A DNA stretch of 32,000 nucleotides from Sedimentisphaera cyanobacteriorum (GCF_001997385.1 NZ_CP019633.1:2880001-2912000), one strand, 5' to 3'. Shown: positions 14,577 to 24,741, counted from the stretch's first letter. The notes: generated by a model from the sequence alone, not told the origin. Translations and numbers: made by a program.

Positions 14577-15206
14577 TCACTGACGGCAGCGTTTGAGGAA
14601 TTCTTCAAGCATCGGCCGCAGGGTTTTCACGGCGTTTGCCCTGTGTGAGATACGGTTTTTCTCTTCTCTTGCCAGCTCAGCAACGCTCTGCCCTCTTTCA
14701 GGCAGGTAGAATACAGGGTCGTAGCCGAAGCCGCCTGTGCCTCGTTTTTCGTTGAGTATCCTGCCGGGCAGAAAGCCTTCAGCTTCAAGGATCGGCTTTT
14801 CAGAATCGGCAAGGCAGAGAGAGCTTACGAATCTCGCAGTTCGGTTCTCTTCCGGCACACCATCCATCAGCCTGAGCACCTTCTTTATATTCTCTTCATC
14901 TATGCGGAATGCATCACTGCTGTGGTCTTTATGGGCTCCTGAGAATCTCGCGCTGCTCACTCCCGGCGCTCCGCCGAGAGCATCAATCTCAAGTCCGGAG
15001 TCGTCTGCAAGCGTGAGAATTCCGGTCTGACGTGCATAACCGATCGCTTTTCTTTTCGCATTTTCAGTGAATGTTTCCCCGTCTTCTTCCACTTCCTCCG
15101 CTTCCGGAAAATCCTTTAGCGAAAGCCAGTTTATGCTGAATCCTGAGAGCAGAATCTCAAAATCTCTTATTTTTCCTGCGTTAGTTGTTGCCAGAAGTAT
15201 ATCCAT
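14577..15206 (-). CDS. rdgB: Non-canonical purine NTP pyrophosphatase (RdgB/HAM1 family, dITP/XTP pyrophosphatase)
   Basis: MDILLATTNAGKIRDF..., GGFGYDPVFYLPE and EKNRISHRANA. I chose the start at 15206 (GGAAGGA before the ATG) over the track start at 15242. Confidence 0.85.
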   Translation of the reverse strand: MDILLATTNAGKIRDFEILLSGFSINWLSLKDFPEAEEVEEDGETFTENAKRKAIGYARQTGILTLADDSGLEIDALGGAPGVSSARFSGAHKDHSSDAFRIDEENIKKVLRLMDGVPEENRTARFVSSLCLADSEKPILEAEGFLPGRILNEKRGTGGFGYDPVFYLPERGQSVAELAREEKNRISHRANAVKTLRPMLEEFLKRCRQ

Positions 15207-16032
15207 TTTTCCTTCCCTTATATTCAAGTATCTCAAGCTCATCCAGCGGCTTACAGTTTATTATCTGATCGAAGTGTTTGGGGTTTATAAAAGCTCCCTC
15301 GCGCGGGCCGGCGTGTTTGGCGAGCATCTTTACAGCAGCGAGAAATTTTTTCTCCGGCTTCGCTGCGGCGGGGGCAAATCCGCCCAGCTCGGATGCAAAT
15401 TCAAACTGATACGCATGCAGTGTTAAATTTTCCACCATAGGCCGCTCGGTTTTGCTCTGGCTCCTTGTGTATTTCCGCTTGAATTCGGATAAGTACAGCG
15501 GCTTTGGATTTCCGTATAGCGGGTCTATCGCAAGCGGCATACCTTCATAATCCAGATGAAGCCGGATCTGGCCTGCCCTTGCAGTTAGCGGCCTCACTGC
15601 AAGCAGAGATAGATTCCCGAAATCAGCAATCTGCTGCCAAAGCGTAACAGCCTTAGCATCGCTTTTTTCATCGATTTTCATCCTGCCCGGGTCTTTCGCC
15701 CTTGATATTCCCGTTTCGGTGCGGCCAACACGTTCGGGAACGTATCCGTTTACAATCGCAAGGTAAACAGCAGCTGATGTGTTGTTCACAATCGAGCGGG
15801 CGAGGCGTTTGTGGAAATCCATATTCTTTGAAACCACTACCACCCCGGGCACCTGCTTGCTCAGACGGGTTGCGGTGCGAAGCTTTTCGCCCATCTGAAT
15901 CTTTCCCTCAAGCAGCTGGGCAACGCTCGGCGCTCCGCTGCGGTCTTTTGTAACAGAAACCCCCGCAGGCTTATTCACCGCTGCAAAATCAAAATTATCG
16001 TGCAGAATCTCTATAGCTTTTCCTTTGGGCAA
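15181..16032 (-). CDS. RluA-family pseudouridine synthase homolog, apparently lacking the catalytic Asp
   Basis: AVNKPAGVSV, TRLSKQVPGVVVVSKN (aligning with HRLDxxTSGllllAKN), LTARAGQIRLHL (aligning with TGRxHQIRVHL) and DPLYG. The Ser58 codon AGC is at 15859..15861. Confidence 0.75.
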   Translation of the reverse strand: MPKGKAIEILHDNFDFAAVNKPAGVSVTKDRSGAPSVAQLLEGKIQMGEKLRTATRLSKQVPGVVVVSKNMDFHKRLARSIVNNTSAAVYLAIVNGYVPERVGRTETGISRAKDPGRMKIDEKSDAKAVTLWQQIADFGNLSLLAVRPLTARAGQIRLHLDYEGMPLAIDPLYGNPKPLYLSEFKRKYTRSQSKTERPMVENLTLHAYQFEFASELGGFAPAAAKPEKKFLAAVKMLAKHAGPREGAFINPKHFDQIINCKPLDELEILEYKGRKNGYTSGNN

Positions 16033-16046
16033 AATAATACTCCGCT

Positions 16047-17468
16047 CTAATCTTTCTTGAGTGCGTAAACCTTAAAATCGGAATATTTCACCTTTGTCCA
16101 TTTGAGCTGACGGAAACCGATCTTCCCCGCACCGGGCAGCTTCCCGAAACGCTCTTTATCTTCCTGATAATCGATTATCACCCATCCGTCAACAGCGAGC
16201 TGAATACGCCCTTCTGCCCGCATGAGGGTGATTTTATGCACTTCATTAGATTTCGAATCTATCCCGGGTATGCCCAAATCAGCAAGGTATCTTCCGGAAT
16301 TGAGCCGCAGATAAGAGGCATTCCTCGAGGCCCCGAGCGGCATATCCGAATAATACGAAAGCGAGTAGAGGTCTATATCTCCGTTTGTATAATCCTCGCT
16401 CCTTCCGGTTCTAAAATCAATGCTCGAATCGTAAACATCCTTGCCGTTTTGTCCAATTGCAGAGAAAAACACTAAACACGCCCCGTTTTCACTGAGCACC
16501 TGAACATTCCACTCTGCAAGAAAATTCGGCGGAAAATTCGCCCAGCACCAGAACGTGATGTGGCCTGTGGCGAAATCAAAGTCTTTCATTGTAGATTCCA
16601 TAACAAGCCCGTCTTTGCGGAAATTTATCTGAGCCGGCCCTTCTGCTACCCATCCCCGAACGTCTTTCGGAGCCCGCAGGGGCGAGCTGAAGATAAGCTC
16701 TTTCTCTATATCTTCAGAGCCGAAATAGCCCAGAAGTGAGAATTCCCTCGTAGGGATTATGCCCAAATATTTATTCATTTTTTTCCTGTTCTGCTGCTCT
16801 ATGTAATGATCGATTGCAGATTCCTCGATCACCTTGTCGTACAGCCTGCACTCGGATACAGCAATCTGAGATGTAGTGATATTCAGCCGGTTCCCGCCTT
16901 CATTATCGAGCTGCTTAAGCCTTCGTCTTTTCCTCAGGTATGGCGTTCCGTTTACATAGCAGTTGAAGATTCCCTCATCCGCATCCCAAACAAACGCAAA
17001 ATGCATCCACTCCTCTCCCGGTATCTCCGGCAGCAGAATATGCATATCGTTCAGCCTGCTTGTGCCATTCTCCCATGAGAATCTGAAATCCAGCTTGTTT
17101 GCTGATTTGGCCAGATCGAATTTGAACAGCTTATCCACTTCCGCAATCTCGTATGTTTCCTCTGGTTCGCCCTTGCCGGTACGCATAGTTTTATGCGGGC
17201 GAATCCAGATCATAAACGTGCCTTCTTTCGATATAGGGGCGTTGAGATCGCCTGAGAAATACATCTTCTTTTCTTTGGCTTTCAGCGCCTTCGCGCCGTT
17301 CATTGGGCCGTCGATAATATCAAAATTAACGAAATCAGATACGTCCGCCCGCTCGGTATCCGAGAGTCCTGTGGAATTAACCGCATCCTGCGTGAGCCAT
17401 ATCTTCGCCTCATATCCCATACAAGCTCCGCAGGCAAGCATAAATATCAGAAGTTTAACCGCTTTCAT
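16047..17468 (-). CDS. Secreted concanavalin-A-like (LamG) / DUF1961-like two-domain protein
   Basis: I chose the start at 17468 (MKAVKLLIFMLACGACMG signal peptide, AAGGAG upstream). The N-terminal half is LamG-like (FMIWIRP...WMHFAFVWDADEGIFNCYVNG). The C-terminus GKIGFRQLKWTKVKYSDFKVY resembles DUF1961/DUF1080 jelly-roll ends. Confidence 0.65.
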   Translation of the reverse strand: MKAVKLLIFMLACGACMGYEAKIWLTQDAVNSTGLSDTERADVSDFVNFDIIDGPMNGAKALKAKEKKMYFSGDLNAPISKEGTFMIWIRPHKTMRTGKGEPEETYEIAEVDKLFKFDLAKSANKLDFRFSWENGTSRLNDMHILLPEIPGEEWMHFAFVWDADEGIFNCYVNGTPYLRKRRRLKQLDNEGGNRLNITTSQIAVSECRLYDKVIEESAIDHYIEQQNRKKMNKYLGIIPTREFSLLGYFGSEDIEKELIFSSPLRAPKDVRGWVAEGPAQINFRKDGLVMESTMKDFDFATGHITFWCWANFPPNFLAEWNVQVLSENGACLVFFSAIGQNGKDVYDSSIDFRTGRSEDYTNGDIDLYSLSYYSDMPLGASRNASYLRLNSGRYLADLGIPGIDSKSNEVHKITLMRAEGRIQLAVDGWVIIDYQEDKERFGKLPGAGKIGFRQLKWTKVKYSDFKVYALKKD

Positions 17469-17487
17469 CGAGCTCCTTTCGCTAAGT

Positions 17488-18111
17488 TTATTCAATCTCA
17501 TCCCTCCCGAGAATCGCATCCGAGAGAATCGAATTATTCGAAAATTCAATACTGCTCCCCGCGGGCAGCCCCCTTGCGAGGCGGGTGATCCTTATGCTGC
17601 TGTCTCGCAGGAGGCTGGTAACGTAGAGCGAAGTGGCATCGCCTTCCACAGTGGGATTGGTTGCCATAATGATCTCCCTTATGCCCCCTTGCCGGATCCT
17701 GCTTATCAGCTTGTCTATCGTCAGGTCTTCCGGCTCGATTCCCTCCAGCGGGGCGATATGCCCCCCGAGCACGTGATAAGTCCATTTGCATATCCCAGTT
17801 TTCTCAAGGCTTATCAAATCCTTCGGCTGCTCCACAACGCACACCGTGGACTTATCCCGAGAAGGGGCTTGGCAGATGGGGCATATTTCCTCCTCCGAAT
17901 AGCTGCAGCATATTTTGCACTGCTTTATCTTCGTTTTTACCTCGCTCACAGCCCTCGCAAGCTCCATCGCCTCTGCCTTCTCGGATTTGAGCACGTGAAA
18001 AGCAAGCCTTTCCGCTGTTTTCCTGCCTATCCCGGGCAGCTCTGCAAACTTCTCTATCAGATTATTCAGAGCCTTCGTATAGGCGGGATTTGTGGTGTTT
18101 TTTTCGGGCAA
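17488..18111 (-). CDS. recR: Recombination protein RecR
   Basis: LIEKFAELPGIGRKTAERLAFHVL is the HhH motif. CKICCSYSEEEICPICQ is the Cys4 zinc finger. A Toprim segment EIIMATNPTVEGDATSLY follows. Confidence 0.92.
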   Translation of the reverse strand: MPEKNTTNPAYTKALNNLIEKFAELPGIGRKTAERLAFHVLKSEKAEAMELARAVSEVKTKIKQCKICCSYSEEEICPICQAPSRDKSTVCVVEQPKDLISLEKTGICKWTYHVLGGHIAPLEGIEPEDLTIDKLISRIRQGGIREIIMATNPTVEGDATSLYVTSLLRDSSIRITRLARGLPAGSSIEFSNNSILSDAILGRDEIE

Positions 18112-18128
18112 TTCTAAAACCTCGCTTC

Positions 18129-19790
18129 TTATTGATTTTTCGGCCTTGATATCCCAATAATCTGAGCGTTAAAGGTGTTCAGTACCTTCTGAACTCCCGG
18201 GTCTTTCATGGCTTGTCTTTGGTCTTTAAAGCTGCTTTTTGCTCCTTTGGGTTTGTTTGCAGGTTCGCCGCTGGAGGAGGCCTCCTGCCTCACTTGCAGG
18301 GCAATTTCGGTTCCGAGGATCTTCGCGAAAACCTTCTCTGCCTCCTGCTTCTTTGTTTGCAGGAGCCGGCCTGCCATGCCCGTTTTGGCATGCAAAACCA
18401 GATTCCCGTTCTCAAAACCTGCCGGCTCGGCGTTGCTCAGATTTGCCCCGAGGCTCATATTCACCTTCGCTGTTTTCTGCACAACCTCCTGCCAGCGGGA
18501 TTGAAGCTCTTCAAGATTCCCGCATTCCACGCTCCCTGCCTGCTCGAGCTTATCCGCTGCCGAGCCGTTTTTCTCAGCGAAGGCCTGTTTCAGGCTCGGC
18601 TTCCGTGCTCCTGCTGGTTTGCCGCCGGCCTGCGAGTTTTTTTTTCCGCCGCCCCCGCCGGCCGTCTGCCGAACGAGAGTTTGCACGTTGATAAAATGCT
18701 CGCTCAGCGTAAGCCGCATAAGGGCTGCTTCCAGAATTGCTCTGGGGTTGTCCGATTTCTTCACTGTCCCCCGCATCCGTTCCATCGTCGTAACCGCATA
18801 CACAAGCGAGGCAATATCGAACTTTCCCGCAATCCGCTCGGTCTCTTCGGCCTCAGCTGCCGTTTGCACGATTAGCGAGCTGCCTGCACCGGCGCTTGCT
18901 GTGATCATCAGATCGCGGAAGCTGTCTATGAGGCTGTCGGTGATTTGCTCCGGGCTCATCCCTTTGCTCAGAAGCTCATCGCAAACCTCCAGCACGCCCG
19001 GCGCATCCGAATCGCCGATAAGCTCGGTCATGCGGGCTATCTCAGCGCGTCCGGGCTCGCCCAGGGTGTTCTCAAGCACCTCAAGCGTAAGATTGTCTGC
19101 TCCAGTGCTCAGGATTTGATCCAGAAGGCTTAGGGCATCACGCATAGAGCCGTTCGCAAGGCGGGATAGAGCAACTGCGAAATCATCATCGCAGCTGATT
19201 CCCTCAGCCTCTAAAACCATCTTCACCTGCTTCTGGATGGTTTGGGGGTCTATCGAGCGGAAATCAAACCGCTGACAGCGGGATTGTATCGTAGGCAGAA
19301 CCTTATTCGGCTCGGTGGTGGCGAAGATAAACTTAACATGCGCCGGCGGCTCCTCCAGAATCTTCAGAAGGGCATTGAAAGCCCCCGTGCTGAGCATATG
19401 AATCTCATCGATAATGTATATCTTATAACGTCCGCGGGCAGGGCGATACATCGCATTCTGACGCAGATCACGAATATTCTCTACGCCGTTGTTGCTCGCT
19501 CCGTCAATCTCGATTACGTCTATATCCTCGCCCGAATTTATCGCTATGCAGCTCTCGCATTCGCAGCAAGGCTCGGTCGTGGGAGATTCTACGCTCTGGC
19601 AGTTCAGAGCCTTCGCCAGCACACGTGCCATCGTCGTTTTACCTACGCCCCGAGTCCCGCAGAATAGGTAAGCATGCGCTACCCGGTCCGAGAGGATTGC
19701 GTTTTTCAGAGTATGGGCGATTGCATCCTGCCCAGCTATATCATCAAATCTCTGCGATCTGTATCTTCTTGCAAGTACTGTGTAAGCCAT
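18129..19790 (-). CDS. dnaX: DNA polymerase III subunit tau/gamma
   Basis: MAYTVLARRYRSQRFDDIAGQ, the Walker A motif GTRGVGKTT, the zinc module CCECESC, IYIIDEIHMLS and the SRC motif TIQSRCQRF. I chose the start at 19790 because the longer track ORF would run over a strong promoter-like element. Confidence 0.92.
   Translation of the reverse strand: MAYTVLARRYRSQRFDDIAGQDAIAHTLKNAILSDRVAHAYLFCGTRGVGKTTMARVLAKALNCQSVESPTTEPCCECESCIAINSGEDIDVIEIDGASNNGVENIRDLRQNAMYRPARGRYKIYIIDEIHMLSTGAFNALLKILEEPPAHVKFIFATTEPNKVLPTIQSRCQRFDFRSIDPQTIQKQVKMVLEAEGISCDDDFAVALSRLANGSMRDALSLLDQILSTGADNLTLEVLENTLGEPGRAEIARMTELIGDSDAPGVLEVCDELLSKGMSPEQITDSLIDSFRDLMITASAGAGSSLIVQTAAEAEETERIAGKFDIASLVYAVTTMERMRGTVKKSDNPRAILEAALMRLTLSEHFINVQTLVRQTAGGGGGKKNSQAGGKPAGARKPSLKQAFAEKNGSAADKLEQAGSVECGNLEELQSRWQEVVQKTAKVNMSLGANLSNAEPAGFENGNLVLHAKTGMAGRLLQTKKQEAEKVFAKILGTEIALQVRQEASSSGEPANKPKGAKSSFKDQRQAMKDPGVQKVLNTFNAQIIGISRPKNQ
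18637..18645 (-). promoter_or_regulatory. A9 slippery run in dnaX (GGA AAA AAA AAC), a candidate recoding site for a gamma-like short product
   Basis: There are nine consecutive T on the + strand, at codons ~382-383 of 553. The -1 frame stops after 21 codons and the +1 frame after 15 codons. A 9-bp stem (18624..18632 with 18591..18600, one bulge) starts 6 nt after the A_AAA_AAA heptamer. Confidence 0.45.
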
Positions 19791-19826
19791 TTTCCACCGT
19801 TTTGATGTTTTTCTCTCCAGCCGGAT

Positions 19827-19854
19827 ATTATACAGCACCTGTTTTTTTTCTCAA
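19827..19854 (-). promoter_or_regulatory. Sigma70-like promoter for dnaX (TTGAGA-16 nt-TATAAT)
   Basis: On the minus strand the sequence reads ttgaga aaaaaaacaggtgctg tataat, about 35 nt upstream of the ATG at 19790. Confidence 0.45.
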
Positions 19855-20025
19855 TCCGCAATTTTTACAGAATAGATTTTACACTATCTGCCAGTTTTTT
19901 GCTCCTTATTAAAACGTCAGTTGATGTGAAGAGCTTTTTAAGCTTTAAAGATTCGACACATCTCACTCACAAATACAGCAGATTAAGCTCTTTGCTATCC
20001 TTTACCTAATATACCCACTTGCAAA

Positions 20026-20060
20026 ATACAAAAAAGCTCGGCGATATTACTCACCGAGCT
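20026..20060 (-). terminator. Rho-independent terminator downstream of the 16S gene
   Basis: On the minus strand the sequence reads AGCTCGG-tgagtaatatcg-CCGAGCT followed by TTTTTGTATTTT. It lies about 107 nt after the 16S 3' end. Confidence 0.6.
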
Positions 20061-20160
20061 TTAAATTTCTTATCAGGGCACTGAATCGTTAAGGAGTCTG
20101 ACGTAAAAGGCTAAGCAGCTAAAATTTTGGCCTAATTGCCTTACTGCTTAGTTTTTCATC

Positions 20161-21704
<1,544 letters not shown>

Positions 21705-21894
21705 AAATCCTTATCTCATAAATCTACTGTTTAAGCGATTTGTGTGATTTCTTTTTTACGGATGCTTCACACTCCAGTTTCTCGCAAGGAGTATGATTTA
21801 TAACACACCTGTGTTATTATTTAAGCCTTAATTATGCGGTGCGAGCCGCAAAAATTAAAGCACTCCTAACGATTCTGGTCTGTACCCTGTTAAG

Positions 21895-21907
21895 TTGTTA
21901 AAGAACA
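21895..21907 (-). promoter_or_regulatory. rrn leader boxA antitermination element
   Basis: The minus strand reads TGTTCTTTAACAA, a 12/13 match to the E. coli rrn boxA TGCTCTTTAACAA. It lies between the putative promoter and the 16S 5' end. Confidence 0.55.
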
Positions 21908-21931
21908 TCTCGCATTCAAACGAGAAGGACA

Positions 21932-21959
21932 ATGATACTATAATGAATTGCTTTTTCAA
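21932..21959 (-). promoter_or_regulatory. Candidate 16S promoter (TTGAAA-16 nt-TATCAT)
   Basis: The minus strand reads cTTGAAAaagcaattcattatagTATCATt, about 230 nt upstream of mature 16S and about 18 nt upstream of boxA. Confidence 0.35.
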
Positions 21960-22009
21960 GCCTTAACTGGGAAAATTTGAGAAAAATTTAAAGTTGATGC
22001 TAACAATCA

Positions 22010-22396
22010 TCAGCTTTCAATTCCGGCAGACGCAAAAGCAGCGGCAATCTGGGAGGTGTGAGATATGCTCAGAGCTATCTCAGTGAGATTCATTTTCTTT
22101 GCCCTAAGTGCGGTTTGGCCGTAAAGATTCACCACAGGGCGTCCTAAATTGTCCGCAACAGTTTCCACGTCTTTCCAGTTCATACCTCCGCGGAGGCCTG
22201 TTCCCAGAAGCTTGAAAACTGCCTCCTTGGCAGCAAATCTGCCGGCAAGCTTTTCATAGGCTTTACGGCCTCTGCCGGCAAGATTGATTTCTTTTTCTGT
22301 AAAAACGCGACTGCTGAAATGCTCGCCGTGCTTTTCGAGCATACCCTTAATCCGGGGAATCTCCACAATGTCAATCCCGTTTACGAGCCTTTTCAA
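22010..22396 (-). CDS. acpS: Holo-[acyl-carrier-protein] synthase (4'-phosphopantetheinyl transferase)
   Basis: GIDIVEIPRI, RVFTEKE, LAGRFAAKEAVFKLLGTG and ALSISHT. It has a TTG start that overlaps the upstream stop by 4 nt (TTGA). Confidence 0.85.
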   Translation of the reverse strand: MKRLVNGIDIVEIPRIKGMLEKHGEHFSSRVFTEKEINLAGRGRKAYEKLAGRFAAKEAVFKLLGTGLRGGMNWKDVETVADNLGRPVVNLYGQTALRAKKMNLTEIALSISHTSQIAAAFASAGIES

Positions 22397-23478
22397 CCTT
22401 CGCTGCTCCTTGAATATGCCTGACGAATACAGAATTCTATAAATCCGTTTGCCTCGCTTATTTTTGCCTGCTCGAAGAGCTCTTTAAGAATATTATTCAT
22501 CTTTTCAGAGCGGCGTTTCATCCTTATAAATTCTTCGATATCATCCTGCACCTGTGAGAGCTTTTTGAAGCCTGCCTGCTGTTTTTTATCAACCTTAACA
22601 ATAAAAAAGTTTCCATTATTCTCAATTACATCAGAGATTTGGCCTTCTTCGAGCTTTTTGAGCTCCTCAGCAATCGCATCATAGGGCTCTGCAAATGAAG
22701 AAGGGTCTGATGTTTCCCATTTGCCTCCCTGAGAGGCTTTGGGACCTCCGGAAAACTTTTCAACAGCATCAGAAAAACTCATTCCCCCTTCAAGTGCAAG
22801 ATTTGCCAAAGAGGCCTTCTTATCTGCATTCTCAGCAGATTCGGGGATATGAATAAGCGTAAATTTATATTCGGGCTCTATCTTGAATTTATCATCTTTG
22901 TTTTCTTCATAAAACTCCTCAATCTCCTTGAAGCTAACCGAATCGCTCTTTTCAAATTCTGCTGTGAAATAATTTTGAATGAGCATTTTTCTTCTTTTTT
23001 CTTCTTTGAATGTCTTCCAGTGGTAGCCGGATTCGGCCAGCTGAGACTGAATCTTGGAATAATCATAGTCCGATTCGGCAAGCATCCTTCTAACCTCTTT
23101 ATCCACTGCCTTATCGAGCATACCGTCTTCTTCAAGCACCTCTTCAGGCACCTTTCCGGCGGCTTTTTCATAGATTAGTATATCAGAGATTTTTTCTGTT
23201 ACGAACTGACGGACATAAGGGTAAACCTGCTGCTTATACTGCTGATAGCTGGGAGCATTGACCTGTCCTGATAGCGATACAAGCTTAGAGATGATAAGCT
23301 CTGAGGATATAGTCTGGTCTTTTACCGAAAGCACCATCCCGCCGGTCGGTTCGGGCACAGGTTTTTTGGCTAGCTGCTGATATTTGGCAATCTCGGCGTC
23401 TGTATAGGTTCTTTCCTTATTTCCTCCGCATCCATGCAGCAAAATTGCGGCAGCAAGTATAAGGGTGATTTTTTTCAT
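22393..23478 (-). CDS. Lipoprotein with parvulin-type peptidyl-prolyl isomerase domain (SurA/PrsA-like chaperone)
   Basis: The lipobox is MKKITLILAAAILLHGC. The C-terminal half is parvulin-like (FTLIHIP...FSDAVEKFSGGPKASQGGKWE...ISDVIENNGNFFIVKV). Confidence 0.7.
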   Translation of the reverse strand: MKKITLILAAAILLHGCGGNKERTYTDAEIAKYQQLAKKPVPEPTGGMVLSVKDQTISSELIISKLVSLSGQVNAPSYQQYKQQVYPYVRQFVTEKISDILIYEKAAGKVPEEVLEEDGMLDKAVDKEVRRMLAESDYDYSKIQSQLAESGYHWKTFKEEKRRKMLIQNYFTAEFEKSDSVSFKEIEEFYEENKDDKFKIEPEYKFTLIHIPESAENADKKASLANLALEGGMSFSDAVEKFSGGPKASQGGKWETSDPSSFAEPYDAIAEELKKLEEGQISDVIENNGNFFIVKVDKKQQAGFKKLSQVQDDIEEFIRMKRRSEKMNNILKELFEQAKISEANGFIEFCIRQAYSRSSEG

Positions 23479-23801
23479 TTCTTACTCCATTAGCTTTTAC
23501 AAAAGTTTACGGAGATTTTAGTTTTTTGCCCCGCTTTTTCAATTCTAATTATTTCCTGCTTTATAACAGAAAGCGGTTAAACTGAACCTCACGTGGTGTA
23601 AACTTTGGGATTCGAAAAAAGTACTTGAAAAACACCGGCTTTTATAATAAGATAACCGAAGGTAATTCGGGGGGTTGATTTTGTATGCTGCTTTGGTTCA
23701 GGTTTTTAATGAAATTTTAATCAATCCTGCGAAAATTCCTTATTAGAAAAGCTAAAGTAATTGCTTAAAGCAGTTTGTAATTATTTCAGAGGAATTCTGT
23801 T

Positions 23802-24200
23802 TTGGAAAAACGTGTTATTATTTCAGTATTGGCGGTGCTGAGTGTGTCTTTATATTGCGCAGCGAAACAGGCAGATCCGCGGGAGAAAAGCAATGAATTG
23901 TCTGATGAAGAGCTCGAGCCCTTAAAGCTCAAGGTTCTTTGTGAAAAAAAGGATATCCTCGGCGAAAAAGAATGCAGTGAAAAGCTTCAATGCAAAGAGC
24001 CTGCGCAGCAGTCTTTATTCGTGGATAGAATGTTCTGCAGGAGTTTTTTCTTTGCATTAAATCCTTACCTGCCGGAAAAGGATTTCTTTCTGAATAAGCA
24101 GATTTTTTATTTCGACACCAGATTTTCCAAAGATGGCGAAAAAGTTTTTAATACAACGATTCCCGGCCCATACATCAAAGAAGCCGTTTTAGAACTCTGA
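23802..24200 (+). CDS. Hypothetical small secreted protein
   Basis: 132 aa with a TTG start after AGAGGA and a signal-peptide-like N-terminus, VIISVLAVLSVSLYCAAKQ. I recognise no family. Confidence 0.4.
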   Translation: MEKRVIISVLAVLSVSLYCAAKQADPREKSNELSDEELEPLKLKVLCEKKDILGEKECSEKLQCKEPAQQSLFVDRMFCRSFFFALNPYLPEKDFFLNKQIFYFDTRFSKDGEKVFNTTIPGPYIKEAVLEL

Positions 24201-24223
24201 GAGTTTTTGTGAAATTTAGGGCA

Positions 24224-24718
24224 TTAAACAAAACAGGCAGATTCGAGAGTTACCGTTTGCAGCGGCACATCATCGTGGAAGCCTTTTCTGCCGGTTTCCA
24301 GCTCAGCGATTTTGTCAACCACTTCCATACCCTCTATAACCTCGCCGAATGAGGCATATCCGGGATTGCCCGGGGCAAAGTTAAGAAAATCATTATCAGC
24401 GTGGTTTATGAAGAACTGCGAGGTTGCACTGTTTGGGTCTGAGGTGCGTGCCATAGCAACAGCGCCTCTCTTATTCTTCAGTCCATTGTCAGACTCCAGC
24501 TTTATAGGGGCTTTTGTCTGCTTCTGTTTCATATCCGGCGTAAACCCGCCGCCCTGAACCATAAAGCCTTTAATAACTCTATGAAATATTGTACCGTCGA
24601 AGAAACCTTCTTCAACATACTCAGCAAAATTATTTGCTGTTACAGGTGCGCTTTCATAGTTTAAACGCAGCTTGATATCACCAAGACTGGTTTTCAATAG
24701 AACGGTATCTTTACTCAT
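24224..24718 (-). CDS. ppiB: Cyclophilin-type peptidyl-prolyl cis-trans isomerase B
   Basis: 164 aa, collinear with E. coli PpiB: [37 protein letters not shown] and DFLNF. Confidence 0.9.
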   Translation of the reverse strand: MSKDTVLLKTSLGDIKLRLNYESAPVTANNFAEYVEEGFFDGTIFHRVIKGFMVQGGGFTPDMKQKQTKAPIKLESDNGLKNKRGAVAMARTSDPNSATSQFFINHADNDFLNFAPGNPGYASFGEVIEGMEVVDKIAELETGRKGFHDDVPLQTVTLESACFV

Positions 24719-24741
24719 ATTTTTCTGTTTCGATATAGATA

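Noticed and set aside
16963-18117. 384-aa + strand ORF
   Set aside because: It is antisense to both recR and the LamG/DUF1961-like gene. It has a Ser/Pro/Ile-rich low-complexity translation and no recognisable motif, whereas the minus-strand genes have clear family signatures.
19791-19838. Longer N-terminal extensions given by the track for dnaX (to 19838), the LamG-like gene (to 17549), rdgB (to 15242), phoB (from 25277) and paralog B (from 4632)
   Set aside because: Internal ATGs give canonical N-termini (a signal peptide or a conserved family start) and have better Shine-Dalgarno context. The dnaX extension would also overlap a TTGAGA-16-TATAAT promoter.
18208-19912. Cluster of + strand ORFs (60-220 aa) opposite dnaX
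   Set aside because: They are antisense to a well-supported conserved gene. They have low-complexity Arg/Pro/Ser-rich translations typical of the reverse frames of a GC-richer gene, and no start context.
19839-20025. Possible SRP (4.5S/ffs) RNA upstream of dnaX, as found in many bacteria
   Set aside because: I looked on the minus strand for the conserved GGUCAGGUCCGGAAGGAAGCAGCC-type domain IV motif and found nothing similar.
23531-23576. Alternative hairpins (CCGCTTT or GCTTT pairing with AAAGCGG) upstream of the parvulin lipoprotein gene, considered as an attenuator
   Set aside because: The stems are only 5-7 bp and AT-rich, with no leader peptide or U-tract. The evidence is insufficient.
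23640-23655. TATAAT hexamer preceded by TTGAAA in the 23479..23801 intergenic region
   Set aside because: The spacer is only about 12 nt, which is too short for a sigma70 promoter, so I did not call it.
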